This document shows positions 9,981 through 20,900 of a stretch of DNA of 64,000 nucleotides, piece by piece (the stretch's first letter is position 1; each line of letters begins with the position of its first letter). The stretch lies in IMG/VR virus record IMGVR_UViG_3300023238_000005, positions 32,001 to 96,000 of that record, one strand, 5' to 3'. The notes beneath the pieces were generated by a model. It was not told the origin of the DNA. It searched no databases and saw nothing but the letters and a program-made list of their open reading frames with translations. The translations under genes were made by a program, and so were the position numbers. Source of the DNA: a virus.

Positions 9981-10036
9981 TGCACTTGCCCTTGTGTTGT
10001 TTAACTTATACTACTATTATACACTCAGAACAGCTA

Positions 10037-10438
10037 TTAGTCAATAGCTGATTTGCCTATATCTGACTCATATGTAGGTGGCTCATAGCCTTTGAGTGTA
10101 TTTTTTACGTCATCTGGGGTTTCTGATAAACGTTGAGCTCGCAACTGGTAAGTTAAGTTCACTAGCTTAATGACACTGCCTGGTCCATCCCAAACTTCGT
10201 TCATCACTTCGTTAATATCTTCCAACGGAATTGCTTTAATATGGCCTCTGCGAGTTTCGCCAAGCTGTTTACGGAAGTATTCCAATAAGAACTCTACATG
10301 CGGTTCAGGTATTCTAGAGTGGTCACTAAATGCAAATGTGCCAGCAAACCCATTAATGCTAAACGGATCGTCTGTAGGCATATTTGCCCAATAAGTACTA
10401 ACTGCTCGTGGAGTTATTGCTCTTTCTTCGGTATACAT
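10037..10438 (-). CDS. hypothetical protein
   Basis: ORF after a promoter; C-terminal half homologous to 16655-16860. Confidence 0.7.
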   Translation of the reverse strand: MYTEERAITPRAVSTYWANMPTDDPFSINGFAGTFAFSDHSRIPEPHVEFLLEYFRKQLGETRRGHIKAIPLEDINEVMNEVWDGPGSVIKLVNLTYQLRAQRLSETPDDVKNTLKGYEPPTYESDIGKSAID

Positions 10439-10503
10439 AGTGTGTATTCTCTTAATTGTATGATTGAGTAACTATTATAACACAGGTTTAGGAGCTTGTC
10501 AAC

Positions 10504-10722
10504 CTATAAACGGTAAGTAACTCTGCCTTTTGTCATGTCATATGGTGTCATTTCGATACGTACTTGATCGCCTAATACCAAGCGTATTCTGTTCTTTCTT
10601 AGTCTTCCGCTAGTATAGCACACTACAATGTGTCCATTTTCTAGTTCTACTTTGAATGATTGTCCTGGAAGAACATCTATAATTTGTCCTTCAAACTCTA
10701 TTACATCATCACTCTTTGACAT
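10504..10722 (-). CDS. infA: translation initiation factor IF-1
   Basis: MSK.DVIEFEG.I..VLP...F.VELENGH...SGR.RKN.IR...GD.V..E..PYD..KGR.TYR. Confidence 0.95.
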   Translation of the reverse strand: MSKSDDVIEFEGQIIDVLPGQSFKVELENGHIVVCYTSGRLRKNRIRLVLGDQVRIEMTPYDMTKGRVTYRL

Positions 10723-10900
10723 CTGGCTCCTTCTTGCTAATTGAGATTTGACCGTCTTCTACGGTAATTTTTAAAATGTCACCTTCTGTCCATCCCATAC
10801 GTTCTGAGATTTCAGGTGGAATGTTCATATTGACATTTTCTGGATCACCTTCAATATCTTCAAAGATGTCTTCTACTTTATATGTAATTATTTTGCTCAT
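10709..10900 (-). CDS. AbrB/MazE-like small DNA-binding protein
   Basis: IPPEI...MGW.EGD.L.I.V.DG.I.I pattern. Confidence 0.6.
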   Translation of the reverse strand: MSKIITYKVEDIFEDIEGDPENVNMNIPPEISERMGWTEGDILKITVEDGQISISKKEPDVKE

Positions 10901-11680
10901 AATATATTTATCTCCATATGTTGAGGACTAGCTTGCATTACATTAAACGCATACCCACGAATAGGATACACGTAAGTTACGTTTGAGCTTACTTTAATTT
11001 TACCACAAGCAGCAAATGCATTCCATGCCGGAACTCCATATTCGTTGGCACCAAGAACCACTCGCATTAGATAATTATTTGGAGTTTTCCAAAAATAGTG
11101 AATTTCATTGTTGCCATTTGATTTAATTTTGAATTTGTCTACAAACTCAACAACTCCGTCAAATTTAGGATATTCTAAAGATTTATTTTTAGGAACACTT
11201 TTACACCCTTTCATTACATGCTCTAGCGAACGATTCTGTTCGTAGATACGAACAAGGCTAACTAATATTTTTACGTGTTCTTTATTAATCTTATTACGAT
11301 TCTCAATTAAATCGTCTACTGCTAACATATACTCGCTAACAAACTCGCCTTTGATTCGACGCATAGTATGCTTCTTGGCAAAGTAATCGTAAATCTCAGC
11401 AGCCTGTGCTTGATGTTCAATATTAATTTTAGTTGTACTGTCAAGCTGTTTGCCCACTCGTTCGAGTGTTTCATAAATTTCAACTCCAGATTTTCCTGCT
11501 TCATGCATCGCAACTACAATAGCCAGCGGAGGAGTAGTAAACTCTAGATATTCGATAGGTTTTTCTGTTTTACTGTTGTCAATAGTATCCCATTCGTCAA
11601 TCCAAACTGCTGTTGCTTTTTTACCAAAGATACTTTTACCAGATTGTCTTGCTGTCATTACTGCTAGTGAAGTTCCCATT
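10897..11680 (-). CDS. hypothetical protein
   Basis: Long ORF; likely start MGTSLA near 11680 to avoid overlap. Confidence 0.6.
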
Positions 11681-11690
11681 GTTTTTGCCT

Positions 11691-12077
11691 TTATGCTGCT
11701 AATAAGTTTTGTGCTAAATTCATTGCTGTTGCTGTTGCTGGGATAACACTGCCCAGCATTACTGCCTTGTCGTTCCAATAGATGCCTACAAGTGTCCAAC
11801 TAGTTGCTCCTAGTAGATAACAACCTTGTCCGTATACACCAAAGCCTGCACTTTGTAAAAAGATACCACCTACTGCAAAGACTACACCTATCCACTTTAG
11901 ATAACTGTCAGGGCCTCCTGTGGGAGTACTAGGAGCAACAATCTCAAACTGATGTTGCATGTCCTCTAGCTCTTTTTGTAGTCGTGCTTTTTCCTTGCTC
12001 AATTCCATAGCAAGGGTTGCTGCCTTGCTCATAGTGCTTTCAGCTTGGTATTCTTCTTTGGTAGTAGTATCGTCCAT
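11691..12077 (-). CDS. membrane protein with coiled-coil N-terminus
   Basis: Three hydrophobic segments (LKWIG..., CYLLG..W..VG..WND). Confidence 0.65.
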   Translation of the reverse strand: MDDTTTKEEYQAESTMSKAATLAMELSKEKARLQKELEDMQHQFEIVAPSTPTGGPDSYLKWIGVVFAVGGIFLQSAGFGVYGQGCYLLGATSWTLVGIYWNDKAVMLGSVIPATATAMNLAQNLLAA

Positions 12078-12138
12078 TATCCTGACTCTATCATTGCTAA
12101 TACAATTCCGCCTACCCATAAAATTACTAATAACTCAA

Positions 12139-12384
12139 TCATAGGTCAACTCCAAAATGTTGTTTCACTGCTTGAGAAAAGTTGTTGGCTTGAAACTCAC
12201 CAGCATCTAGGTGCTCGTATGTTTGACCTTCATTCTGAATTGCTTGAATACATTCCTCTACAATCAACTGGGCGAACTTTTCTAAATGCTGATCTGTTCC
12301 TGCAATCACACTCCACCCAAATGACTTATCCTCAAATAGTCTAATCTGAGCTTGTTCGGCAAGTAGTTTAATACGTTCGTTCAT
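12139..12384 (-). CDS. MNERI...FAxxIVxEC...HFGV family small protein (copy 1)
   Basis: Paralogue of 12622-12837, 13585-13821 and 13818-14015. Confidence 0.7.
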   Translation of the reverse strand: MNERIKLLAEQAQIRLFEDKSFGWSVIAGTDQHLEKFAQLIVEECIQAIQNEGQTYEHLDAGEFQANNFSQAVKQHFGVDL

Positions 12385-12625
12385 CGTAGTGCCTGTTATC
12401 ATAAAAAATAAACTCAAAGTTGTATCCAAACAACCCAATGTCAAAATTAAAGCCGGCGTGGTCTTGTTTAAAGCTAGTAATCCCAAAACTAAATTCAAAT
12501 ATGCAGTTGTTCCTGTACAGTGCAACTTCAATAGTTTTGTTTTCAGTGACTGTAATTGCTTTATCAACAATTACCGCATGCCGTTGAAGCCATGGGTTTC
12601 TTAGAGCAAATCCAATGTAAATCAT
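12368..12625 (-). CDS. hypothetical protein
   Basis: Coupled ORF. Confidence 0.55.
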   Translation of the reverse strand: MIYIGFALRNPWLQRHAVIVDKAITVTENKTIEVALYRNNCIFEFSFGITSFKQDHAGFNFDIGLFGYNFEFIFYDNRHYDERTY

Positions 12626-12837
12626 TCTTCAACTCCGAAATGTTGTTTAATCTTGCTCACAGTCAGAATATCGTATCCTTCTGAGCAAGGTTGTTCATCG
12701 CTCCACACATTCACAACACCCACACATTCCTGCACAATCGATTCAGCAAACGATTGTAGGCATAATTGAAAATGAGGGTTAGGCTCTATGTCCAGACTCC
12801 AAACCTTATCAGCGAGTTGTTTAATTTTTTTGTTCAT
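12622..12837 (-). CDS. MNERI family small protein (copy 2)
   Basis: Paralogy. Confidence 0.7.
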   Translation of the reverse strand: MNKKIKQLADKVWSLDIEPNPHFQLCLQSFAESIVQECVGVVNVWSDEQPCSEGYDILTVSKIKQHFGVEE

Positions 12838-12861
12838 AATGTTCTTTCTTGTTTCAATCGT

Positions 12862-13386
12862 TCAGCTCATAAATGGGAGTTCAGTCAAATCCTCATTAGG
12901 AAACTGTTCAGTTGGAGTAAACACGTACTCGGACTTCTCGGGTTTTACCCACGGAAATTCAATAGGAACACACGAGTCTGAATTAGTGAAATACGACTTG
13001 AATAGTTTACTGTCATCAATGTCCGGTGATGAGCACCATTCCCAGAATACTTTGCTATCCAACCAATATGCTTGACCATCGAAACGATCAGCTCGTTTGA
13101 ACACAGAACACATTCGTTTGTTCTGGAACACGCCATCTCCAACTTCATGCCATTCATCATCGGCGCCAGTCAGCGGACCTAGTGGTTCGAAACTTGCGAT
13201 TTTCTTGAATAAGTTGATTGTATAAGATGCGGAAGATCCAGAGTGACCTTCATCAGCAAAGATATCAAGCATTTTCAATACATTAGTACAGATCGCTTCT
13301 TGCATCTCATTGTTGTACTTTCCAGTGTCGTCTACCCAACCGGCAGCTTTGAATTCTGCCAGTGCGTGAAATTTATAGTTACTCAT
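12862..13386 (-). CDS. hypothetical phage protein
   Basis: F..EGHSG.SA...PL.PLTG.DDEW...QNKR motif. Confidence 0.7.
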   Translation of the reverse strand: MSNYKFHALAEFKAAGWVDDTGKYNNEMQEAICTNVLKMLDIFADEGHSGSSASYTINLFKKIASFEPLGPLTGADDEWHEVGDGVFQNKRMCSVFKRADRFDGQAYWLDSKVFWEWCSSPDIDDSKLFKSYFTNSDSCVPIEFPWVKPEKSEYVFTPTEQFPNEDLTELPFMS

Positions 13387-13387
13387 A

Positions 13388-13585
13388 TTATTTTCCTTTA
13401 AAATTAACCAGTGCTTGCAAACAATCCCATTGGCCCCAAGTGAGTGAGAATTGACGTTCACTAAGTGTAAAGTCAAAACCCTCGCCGTTATGCCATTCAC
13501 ACACTTCTATGAAGTCATGTTCTTTGGCTGTATGGTCATACGGTTTGAGTTCAGCAAACTTTGCGCTACGATTATATTGTTCCAT
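13388..13585 (-). CDS. hypothetical protein
   Basis: EV.EW.NGEG.D motif. Confidence 0.6.
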   Translation of the reverse strand: MEQYNRSAKFAELKPYDHTAKEHDFIEVCEWHNGEGFDFTLSERQFSLTWGQWDCLQALVNFKGK

Positions 13586-13821
13586 TAGTCAACTCCAAAA
13601 TGTTGTTTCACTGCTTGAGAAAAGTTGTTGGCTTGAAACTCACCAGCATCTAGGTACTCGTATGTTTGACCTTCATTCTGAATTGCTTGAATACATTCCT
13701 CTACAATCAACTGGGCGAATTTTTTCATTTGGTTATTACTGAATTCAAAGTACGGAACAGTTCCGCCAACATGGTATATATGACCTGCTTCTTTAGCAAA
13801 TTCAAGGATTCGTTCGTTCAT
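13585..13821 (-). CDS. MNERI family small protein (copy 3)
   Basis: Paralogy. Confidence 0.7.
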   Translation of the reverse strand: MNERILEFAKEAGHIYHVGGTVPYFEFSNNQMKKFAQLIVEECIQAIQNEGQTYEYLDAGEFQANNFSQAVKQHFGVD

Positions 13822-14015
13822 TTTTCAACTCCGAAATGGGTTAGGACATTTCCGCCAATCCATTCACATTTATTTTCATCAGCAAGATCCGCAACACGAG
13901 CACATTCCTGCACAATCGATTCGGCAAACGACTGCAAGCATAATTGAAAATGTGGGTTCGGCTCAATGTCTAAACTCCAGATCTTATCAGCAAGTTTTTT
14001 AATTCGTTCGTTCAT
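13818..14015 (-). CDS. MNERI family small protein (copy 4)
   Basis: Paralogy; start at ATG 14015. Confidence 0.7.
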   Translation of the reverse strand: MNERIKKLADKIWSLDIEPNPHFQLCLQSFAESIVQECARVADLADENKCEWIGGNVLTHFGVEK

Positions 14016-14016
14016 A

Positions 14017-14736
14017 TTAATCCCAGAGATTTTGGTAGTACTTTCCAAACAAGCGGAATCCGTTTTGGATACGTGCTTCGTATGCTTTGCGTCCTTCCCA
14101 ATCATACACTTTAGTATCATTAGGACCGCGAATCATTTGGCTGTTACCGTTTTCGAGTTGCTTCCACTGTAGATCACTTTCTCCAGTTTCAAACTGTTCT
14201 TCCCAACGTCCGTCATCAACTTTAGTTTCAAACGCAAAGATCATTTCTCCCATTACCCAATCCCAGCGTTCAAAATGTTTGTCGTCTAGTTCGCCCAAAT
14301 CTTTCTGCTTTTTAGTAAGTTTCTTGCCGTGTAGTTCTTTAGGTACATCTGCTAAATCTACATACGGAGCACCGTGTTTGGCAGCCTTTAGTTGTACAAG
14401 CATAGGCAGAACGATGTGGGCAAGAGTACTGTCCATACTCCAAGTATCCCAGCGATCAATGTGTACTTTGATCTTACGTTTCTTGAAACTTTCAATCCAG
14501 ATAAGAAACTTGTACAACCAAGTAGTGTGACGCTCACGATCCCAACTACGGATTTCTCCTACTTCTGCTTCAGGTTCTACACTACCGTGAGCAAGGTATT
14601 CACCAAACTTGTGTACCCAGTCAGGCTTATCTTTCATGCCGTGTTCGTCTTCTACTTCTTTAACCCAAAAGCAAAGTAGTTCAGCGAGCTGATATGGTCC
14701 AACCCAGGATGTATACGGTCCTATTTTAACTTTCAT
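14017..14736 (-). CDS. hypothetical phage protein, paralogue of 60240-60782
   Basis: Shared MKVKIGPY, DTWSMD.TLA, HGAP, HFERWDW..GEMI and NGF.LFGKYY.NLWD. Confidence 0.8.
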   Translation of the reverse strand: MKVKIGPYTSWVGPYQLAELLCFWVKEVEDEHGMKDKPDWVHKFGEYLAHGSVEPEAEVGEIRSWDRERHTTWLYKFLIWIESFKKRKIKVHIDRWDTWSMDSTLAHIVLPMLVQLKAAKHGAPYVDLADVPKELHGKKLTKKQKDLGELDDKHFERWDWVMGEMIFAFETKVDDGRWEEQFETGESDLQWKQLENGNSQMIRGPNDTKVYDWEGRKAYEARIQNGFRLFGKYYQNLWD

Positions 14737-15151
14737 AATCGTTTCCTATATCTTGTTCAGCAATAGCTCTAGCATCGTGTAATGCGTTGTGCGGCACTTT
14801 ACTATCACCACTGCTTAGATCACGTCTTGATTCCATTGTAATTGGCGGGTAATTTAAACAAACTCCTGGACCTACTATCAATGCTTCACAGAAGTGCTTT
14901 ATATCATCGGGCCAATCTGATATTAACTGAATATTAGTATACTGATATAAAAACAATTGCAGTGTATGTTGAAACTCGTGTATAGATACTGGCTCTTTTT
15001 CTAAAAACGGCATAACATTCTTTGCTACCCAACTTTTTGGGTTTTCACATGCTAGTACTTCATAAAATTCTTCTCCATCTGCTGCTACTAATGCCATTGA
15101 TATTAGTGCTCCTTGAAACTCGTTAAACTCTGTGTCAATATAAATTCTCAT
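14726..15151 (-). CDS. DEDDh 3'-5' exo(ribo)nuclease
   Basis: YIDTEF...HNALHDA. Confidence 0.8.
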   Translation of the reverse strand: MRIYIDTEFNEFQGALISMALVAADGEEFYEVLACENPKSWVAKNVMPFLEKEPVSIHEFQHTLQLFLYQYTNIQLISDWPDDIKHFCEALIVGPGVCLNYPPITMESRRDLSSGDSKVPHNALHDARAIAEQDIGNDYES

Positions 15152-15173
15152 TTTGTATCCTCGTATGGAAGTG

Positions 15174-15554
15174 TCATGATAGATTTGTAATTAAATTATA
15201 GTTGTCCCACGCCTTTTGTTGGGCAGGAGTGTGTTCGTCTATTGACACCGAACAGTCTAACCAATAGTTCCGCATGCGTGGCGGGCGTGCCTGGAATTGT
15301 CTAGGCTGATGGATTAGTCCACGATTGAACATTACTGTTGTAAGTTCTCTAAATTCTTCTTCATAGGGTAGATAATCCATCCACTCAGCATTACTTAACC
15401 CTCCTTGTGTGTAGGCCCGCCATACATCGTTCCACTCGTTATCCTTTGTTGGGTTAAAATCAGTTCGTGCTATAATAACAATCACTTTGTCTAGTGTTAC
15501 TTTTTTGTCGTAGATGTCTCGTAAGCATCTACTAAAACTTAATCCAATTTTCAT
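15174..15554 (-). CDS. hypothetical protein
   Basis: ORF in operon. Confidence 0.65.
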   Translation of the reverse strand: MKIGLSFSRCLRDIYDKKVTLDKVIVIIARTDFNPTKDNEWNDVWRAYTQGGLSNAEWMDYLPYEEEFRELTTVMFNRGLIHQPRQFQARPPRMRNYWLDCSVSIDEHTPAQQKAWDNYNLITNLS

Positions 15555-15796
15555 AAACTATCCTGATTAATAAAGTCGGGCCATTGTGTTGCAAACAGTG
15601 CTGCATGTTCTGCAAATTCAAAATAGAACGTATGTTCGTACACGTTTGTCCATGTATTCATTTTCCATTGCTGTCGTTCTAAGTTTCTTCGACACCAAGT
15701 TTTACCTTGAGTATCGAGGTCGCTGTGTAAACGTACAGGATTATTTTCTGTACGCATCCAATTCATTTTATAGTCTGCTATTTCTTGTGGTTTCAT
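15551..15796 (-). CDS. hypothetical protein
   Basis: ORF directly after an early promoter. Confidence 0.6.
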   Translation of the reverse strand: MKPQEIADYKMNWMRTENNPVRLHSDLDTQGKTWCRRNLERQQWKMNTWTNVYEHTFYFEFAEHAALFATQWPDFINQDSL

Positions 15797-15949
15797 AATA
15801 CTATTATACAACCTTTATTGTACTTTGTCAACCAACTAAATATATATATGAATGATACTTATAACTTAGCTTTATTTGACATTGTCAAAGAAACTTCCGC
15901 TACAGGCGGTTACGATTTACCTGAACCAATTGAAGCATATATAGTTATC

Positions 15950-16501
15950 TTAAATTACAATATCATCAAGTGCATTTGTAGGTAACAATTCAAAAACTGT
16001 TATTTGGTTGTACATTAAAAACAACAAACACAACACCAGACAACCAGTACCTGCGTAGATTAGTAATTTTTCTATGGCTTGGCCAAGCCGCATTTTAAAA
16101 AGTCTAGTTGTTATGAAGTTACCAGTAGTAATTATCGCATAAACAGCTACTAAAAATTGCCAGAAATACAATACTACAAATATAAATGACATCGGCGTAC
16201 TGAATAAAAAATAACTACCTTGGTTAACTTGCAATGCGGTAATAAAAAGAACTGCAAATATTAGAATACTTTTGAATGCATCTTGTATTATATTTTTTAA
16301 TATTCTTTTTACAACATCGCATACGTCAGTCGCGTACGAACCGCCGCGATTTAGCCATTGATCAAAGTGTGAACCTAATTTAATTTTCGTAATAACTCCA
16401 TTAATGTTTTGTAAAAGCATACACCAAATGTAATGCTTATTATTGCTGATATTGGTATATAACTTATAGTGCCACCAGTTAAAAAATACCCACGTAACCA
16501 T
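15950..16501 (-). CDS. AT-rich membrane protein or chimeric ORF
   Basis: Several hydrophobic segments; lies within a mosaic patch. Confidence 0.4.
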   Translation of the reverse strand: MVTWVFFNWWHYKLYTNISNNKHYIWCMLLQNINGVITKIKLGSHFDQWLNRGGSYATDVCDVVKRILKNIIQDAFKSILIFAVLFITALQVNQGSYFLFSTPMSFIFVVLYFWQFLVAVYAIITTGNFITTRLFKMRLGQAIEKLLIYAGTGCLVLCLLFLMYNQITVFELLPTNALDDIVI

Positions 16502-16654
16502 CCATACACTATAACACTGGTGTACACAGTAAGCAAACTTATTATAAAATTTATCATGCTTCTAACGTGTTTCTTTTGGCTTCTAGTGCCACCTTTAATA
16601 CTAATTGTCATTGCATTTGCCCTTGCTTTGTTAACTTATACTACTATTATAACA

Positions 16655-17359
16655 CTATTTTTCCAGTCTGTCAACCACATTTTCACCTAAATTTGACTCA
16701 ATCGTAGGTGTTTCGTACCCTTTGAGCGGGTCTTTCGTATCATCTGAGTCCGCAAATAGGCGTGAAATGCGCATATCATACATCATTTCTATTAGTTTAG
16801 ACATACTACCGGGTCCCTTCCAGACGCTGTTTAGTAAGTCATTGATTTCATTGAGGCTCACTGTTTTATTAGATAACGGGCCTCCCCAAAAGTCATTACA
16901 AATTAATCCAGCTGCCCAGAAGTTTTGTATATCATGGTCTACATCAATAACATTAATTTCAGAAGGCATGGTTTGATCGTAGTCTGGAAGAATATAAGAT
17001 TTATTTGTACTGCCTAAAAATGTACCAGTTTTTGAGTAAAATCTAATTTGATTCTCTTTACGATAACCTTCATCAAATGCCTCGTCAGTTTCTGCCCACA
17101 TAGTTCCAAGACACAAACCGACATTGTTTTCGACAGCACATTCAACTACTTCCTTTTCTGCATCATACAGATCTTGTATTGTCCTGCCAAATAATACGTC
17201 AAATCCTGGAAAGTATCCTGAAAGACTTCCTTCAGGTGTTAATAGATAGTCTACTGCGTTTTCACCTGCCCACACAATTGCATCTTTAATGTCAGTAACA
17301 TTTTTACTAAGGTCGTCTGATGCTGGAAGTTGCGCTCCAGCAAATCTTATATCTACCAT
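16655..17359 (-). pseudogene. truncated carbon-nitrogen hydrolase (nitrilase family) fused to a fragment of another gene
   Basis: AQ, LTPEG.LSGY, K and ICND motifs, then the sequence switches near 16865 to a homologue of the 10037-10438 C-terminus. Confidence 0.7.
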
Positions 17360-17413
17360 TACTTTTATTCTCCTATAATGTATTATAACATTATATATTC
17401 AGAAGAGCAACCT

Positions 17414-17962
17414 TTATTTCATATCATTTAACGGATTATCTAATGCTTCCTCAACTTGTGCTTGAATATCCTTTTCGAGCTTGTCCATATCAGTTTCTAT
17501 ACGTTCTTCAGTTTCACGCATACGATCACGAACATCCTTTTCGCTTTCACGACTAACAATCTCAACTTCACGTAGTGTTTTGTCAATACTGTCTTGCGTT
17601 GTTTTAACAGTATTTTCAACTCTATCTACTTGTGACTCGATGCCTTGGATGTCTGCTTTGAGATCAATCTTAATATCTCTTGTGTAATCTAGTGCTGCTA
17701 GTACAGACTCGTCAACTGCTTTTAATTTAGTGTCTATGTTTGATTCTGCTGATACAAGGCGTTCTGTTAACACGCTTATTTCTTCTCGCATACCACTAAG
17801 GTCAGGAGCAACATACTCTTGTATCTGCTCTTTCATATTCCTATAATCGTTATAAAATTCAAAGCCTCCCCAGGCAACTCCGCCTAGTGTACTTAACGCT
17901 GTAATGACAGCAAACATTTTTCCACCGGTGAACTTAACGCCACCTACTTCTACTTCAGCCAT
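17414..17962 (-). CDS. single-TM coiled-coil protein
   Basis: N-terminal TM helix followed by long heptad-rich helix. Confidence 0.75.
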   Translation of the reverse strand: MAEVEVGGVKFTGGKMFAVITALSTLGGVAWGGFEFYNDYRNMKEQIQEYVAPDLSGMREEISVLTERLVSAESNIDTKLKAVDESVLAALDYTRDIKIDLKADIQGIESQVDRVENTVKTTQDSIDKTLREVEIVSRESEKDVRDRMRETEERIETDMDKLEKDIQAQVEEALDNPLNDMK

Positions 17963-17964
17963 GT

Positions 17965-20900
17965 TTATTTCCTCTCATATTGCTGACGCACCATTGCTTG
18001 ATGCGTTTCGTCACTTGCTCCGCTAAAGAACCTAGATGACGGATTATCATAATTCTGTTGGTCTGTGTATATTCCATCAGATCCATACCAGTTACTATTA
18101 GTTGGCATCTGCGGCTGTACATATTGACGGAAGTTAGGATTATATCCTAGTAGTGCTGCTTGTGCATCTTCACTGTCATCGCCTGCTATTGCCTTTTCAA
18201 CAAGGTCGTCTTCTAACTCTTGCTGCGCTTCTAATTCTTCTTCACTTACTTCGTCTAACGGTTCGCCCATTTCATTTGCTTCTTCTAATGTGCGTTTGGT
18301 TATGTCTATTATCATTTGATTTAGTTCTGCTGCAATTACATTTGATATGTCGCTTGCAACTGTAGCATCTATGTTACCAAATGAGTAGCTTACTTGCCCT
18401 GAGCCTAAGTCTTCTACTTCGCCTGTTAGTTCTTGTGTGCTTAATCCTTGGCTGGCAAGCATTTGTGTATCATTGCCGCCTGTCATGGCTCCTATTCCTG
18501 CGTCTCCTGTTTGGAGGTCTGGCTGTCCTGTTGCAGAATTAAAGTCTTGGCTGCTAAATCCTCCACTGCTGTTGCTGCCGAAGTCTGCGCTTGTGTTACT
18601 TCCTCCAAAGTCTGCGCTGCCTGATGAGCTGCCTGATGAGCTGCCTGATGAGCTGCCACTACTACTGCCACTATTATTATTCCCACCGCTACTGCCGCTA
18701 TTGCTTCCCATGTCATCGCTGCCGCTATTTCCGCTACTGCTGTTGCCATTATCGCCACTCCCATTATTAGTACTACTAGAATTGCCACTATCGCCTGCAT
18801 TGCCTGAGTCGTTACTATCTGATGCGCTTGTTGATGCCTCTGTTGCTGCTGTGTTCTCTGCTGCTGCTGCTGTTGCTTCTGATGCAATACTCAACGCACG
18901 TTTCTTCACACTAGTTGACTTGCTAGTTCTTGGAGTATCTGGTGTTGCTGAAATTTCTTCTATTGGTGCAAGTTCTTCTACTGACTCTGATAGTTCCTCT
19001 TCAAATGCTTCAGCTAGTTCCTCCCTAACTTCTGCTTCTTCCATAGCCATTTCCTCTGCTACCATTTGTTCTTCGGCCATTGCTTGTTCTTCGGCTATCA
19101 TTTGTTCCTCTTCGATTGCTGCATCAAATGCTTCTTCGAGCATATCTGGTAACGCTTCAAATTGTTCTTCGTTGAGTGGATCTAAGTTGTCTAGTGGGCT
19201 ATCAGCAAATATGTCGTCCATTGGCATTTCTTCAAATGCATCTTCAAACGGTAATTCTTCAAACGCATCTGGAAACGCTTCTCCTGGAAAGTCTGGTAAT
19301 CCGTTTGCGCCGCCAAAACTATCTGCCTCTTCAAAAAACTGTTCAAACTCTGCTTGCTCTCTAGCAATGTCTTCTTCGCTTGGCATATCCATTGGACCAT
19401 TTTCAAATGATTCTAAGTCAAACTGTTCTCCATTTTCATCAGGACCCATTAAGTCAAGCGCACCTTGCATGTCAACTTCTACTTCGCCTTTAGCTGCTGA
19501 ATCATCTATACCAGTTGCCATCTCTTGGTCGATGCCTGTTGAAGATTCTAAATCAATACCAGTAGACGCTTGTACATCAATACCTGTTGTTGCTTGTATA
19601 TCAACACCTGACAGTTGTCCATCGAAAGGCATGTTAGGATCGAAAGGCATGTTAGGATCAAACTGTCCATCAAAGTTGTCGTCCATGCTGCCATCATCTT
19701 GGCCACTATAATCATCTTGACCATCATACTCATCTTCAAACTGTTCTTCTTGGTAGCCGTTACACATCATACTGCTTTGCGGATCTACATTACAGTCCTG
19801 TTCAAACTGTTGGTCTTCTATAGTGTCAGCATAACCAGCACATCGTTGTGTGTAAGTACCATCTGCTGAACATGCTGTGTCTATTTCAATAAACTCATAC
19901 CATTTGCCGCTTTGTGGGGTTATTACATTTCCGTCTATGTCTTCCGTATACAAGAATATATAATCATCGCCTTGCTGTACTGCGTCTTTAATGTAACCAA
20001 TTTGATTGTCGCCGCACTCTGCTCCGCTTGTACATTCCCACATCCAATCAAATAAATTAGCTAGGTTTGCTTGTAGTGTTGCAAATACTTCTGGATTGTT
20101 TCCTCTAAAGATGAATATGTAATCACTGCCCTGTCCACTTACATTCATACCTGGTACAGTCATCTTTGCTTGCGACTGATTGTAGTAAGGACAACTAGGA
20201 TCATATGACTGATCTATATCACATTGCTGTGCTGTATTTGCTGCTTCGTATCCTGGACAACCGCTGTCGTATAACGCATCTGCTGTACATTGTTGATCGT
20301 AGTAGGCAGTTGCATAACCGTCACAGCTAGGGTCGTATAGTGAATCTGCTGAACATTGTTGCTGTGTGTATGCTGCTGTATAACCTGGACACTGATCAGA
20401 ACTCATTGGATCTGCTGCACATTGATTCTCAAATGCTGTTAATCCGTAATCGTATGTATCGCTAAAGTCATCTTCGTGTCCTACTACAGGAGCATAAGAA
20501 ATAGTATATTTTATATTTCTAACACCACTACCTTGGCCGTTGCCTGACATTGTAGATTTAACTGTCCAATCGTCAGCAGTTTGAAATGCAGCACCCGGTG
20601 GTTCATCTGCATTAAAAGCAGTCCAGTCTACAAACTGCTGTCCATCATAGTTATAAACTGCTTGGTAAAGAGTTTGTCCATTTCCTAAAAGTATATTAAC
20701 TTTTAATTCTAAAGCACTACTAGCGTCTGGTTTCTTTACTTCCCATTCGTATCTAAGTCCTCTTATCTCAATACCAATGCCTGCAGCCTGGAGTGCTGTA
20801 TTAATTGCAAACGTAGTCGATACAACTTTGTTAGTAATTGTATTATTAGAAAATACCATTCCGCCTGAAGCATCTTCGTATGCAACAGGATTGCCGTTAT

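Larger units (their letters stand above)
12145..13719. repeat. 132-bp direct repeat (12145-12276 and 13588-13719, 1 mismatch)
   Basis: Direct sequence comparison; encodes near-identical C-terminal halves of two small genes. Confidence 0.9.

Noticed and set aside
12145-13719. 132-bp repeat pair as DGR template and variable repeats
   Set aside because: Only one mismatch, both copies are coding, and there is no reverse transcriptase in the window
18437-19711. 424-aa plus-strand ORF
   Set aside because: Antisense shadow of the low-complexity region of the 1063-aa gene; no RBS or domain signal
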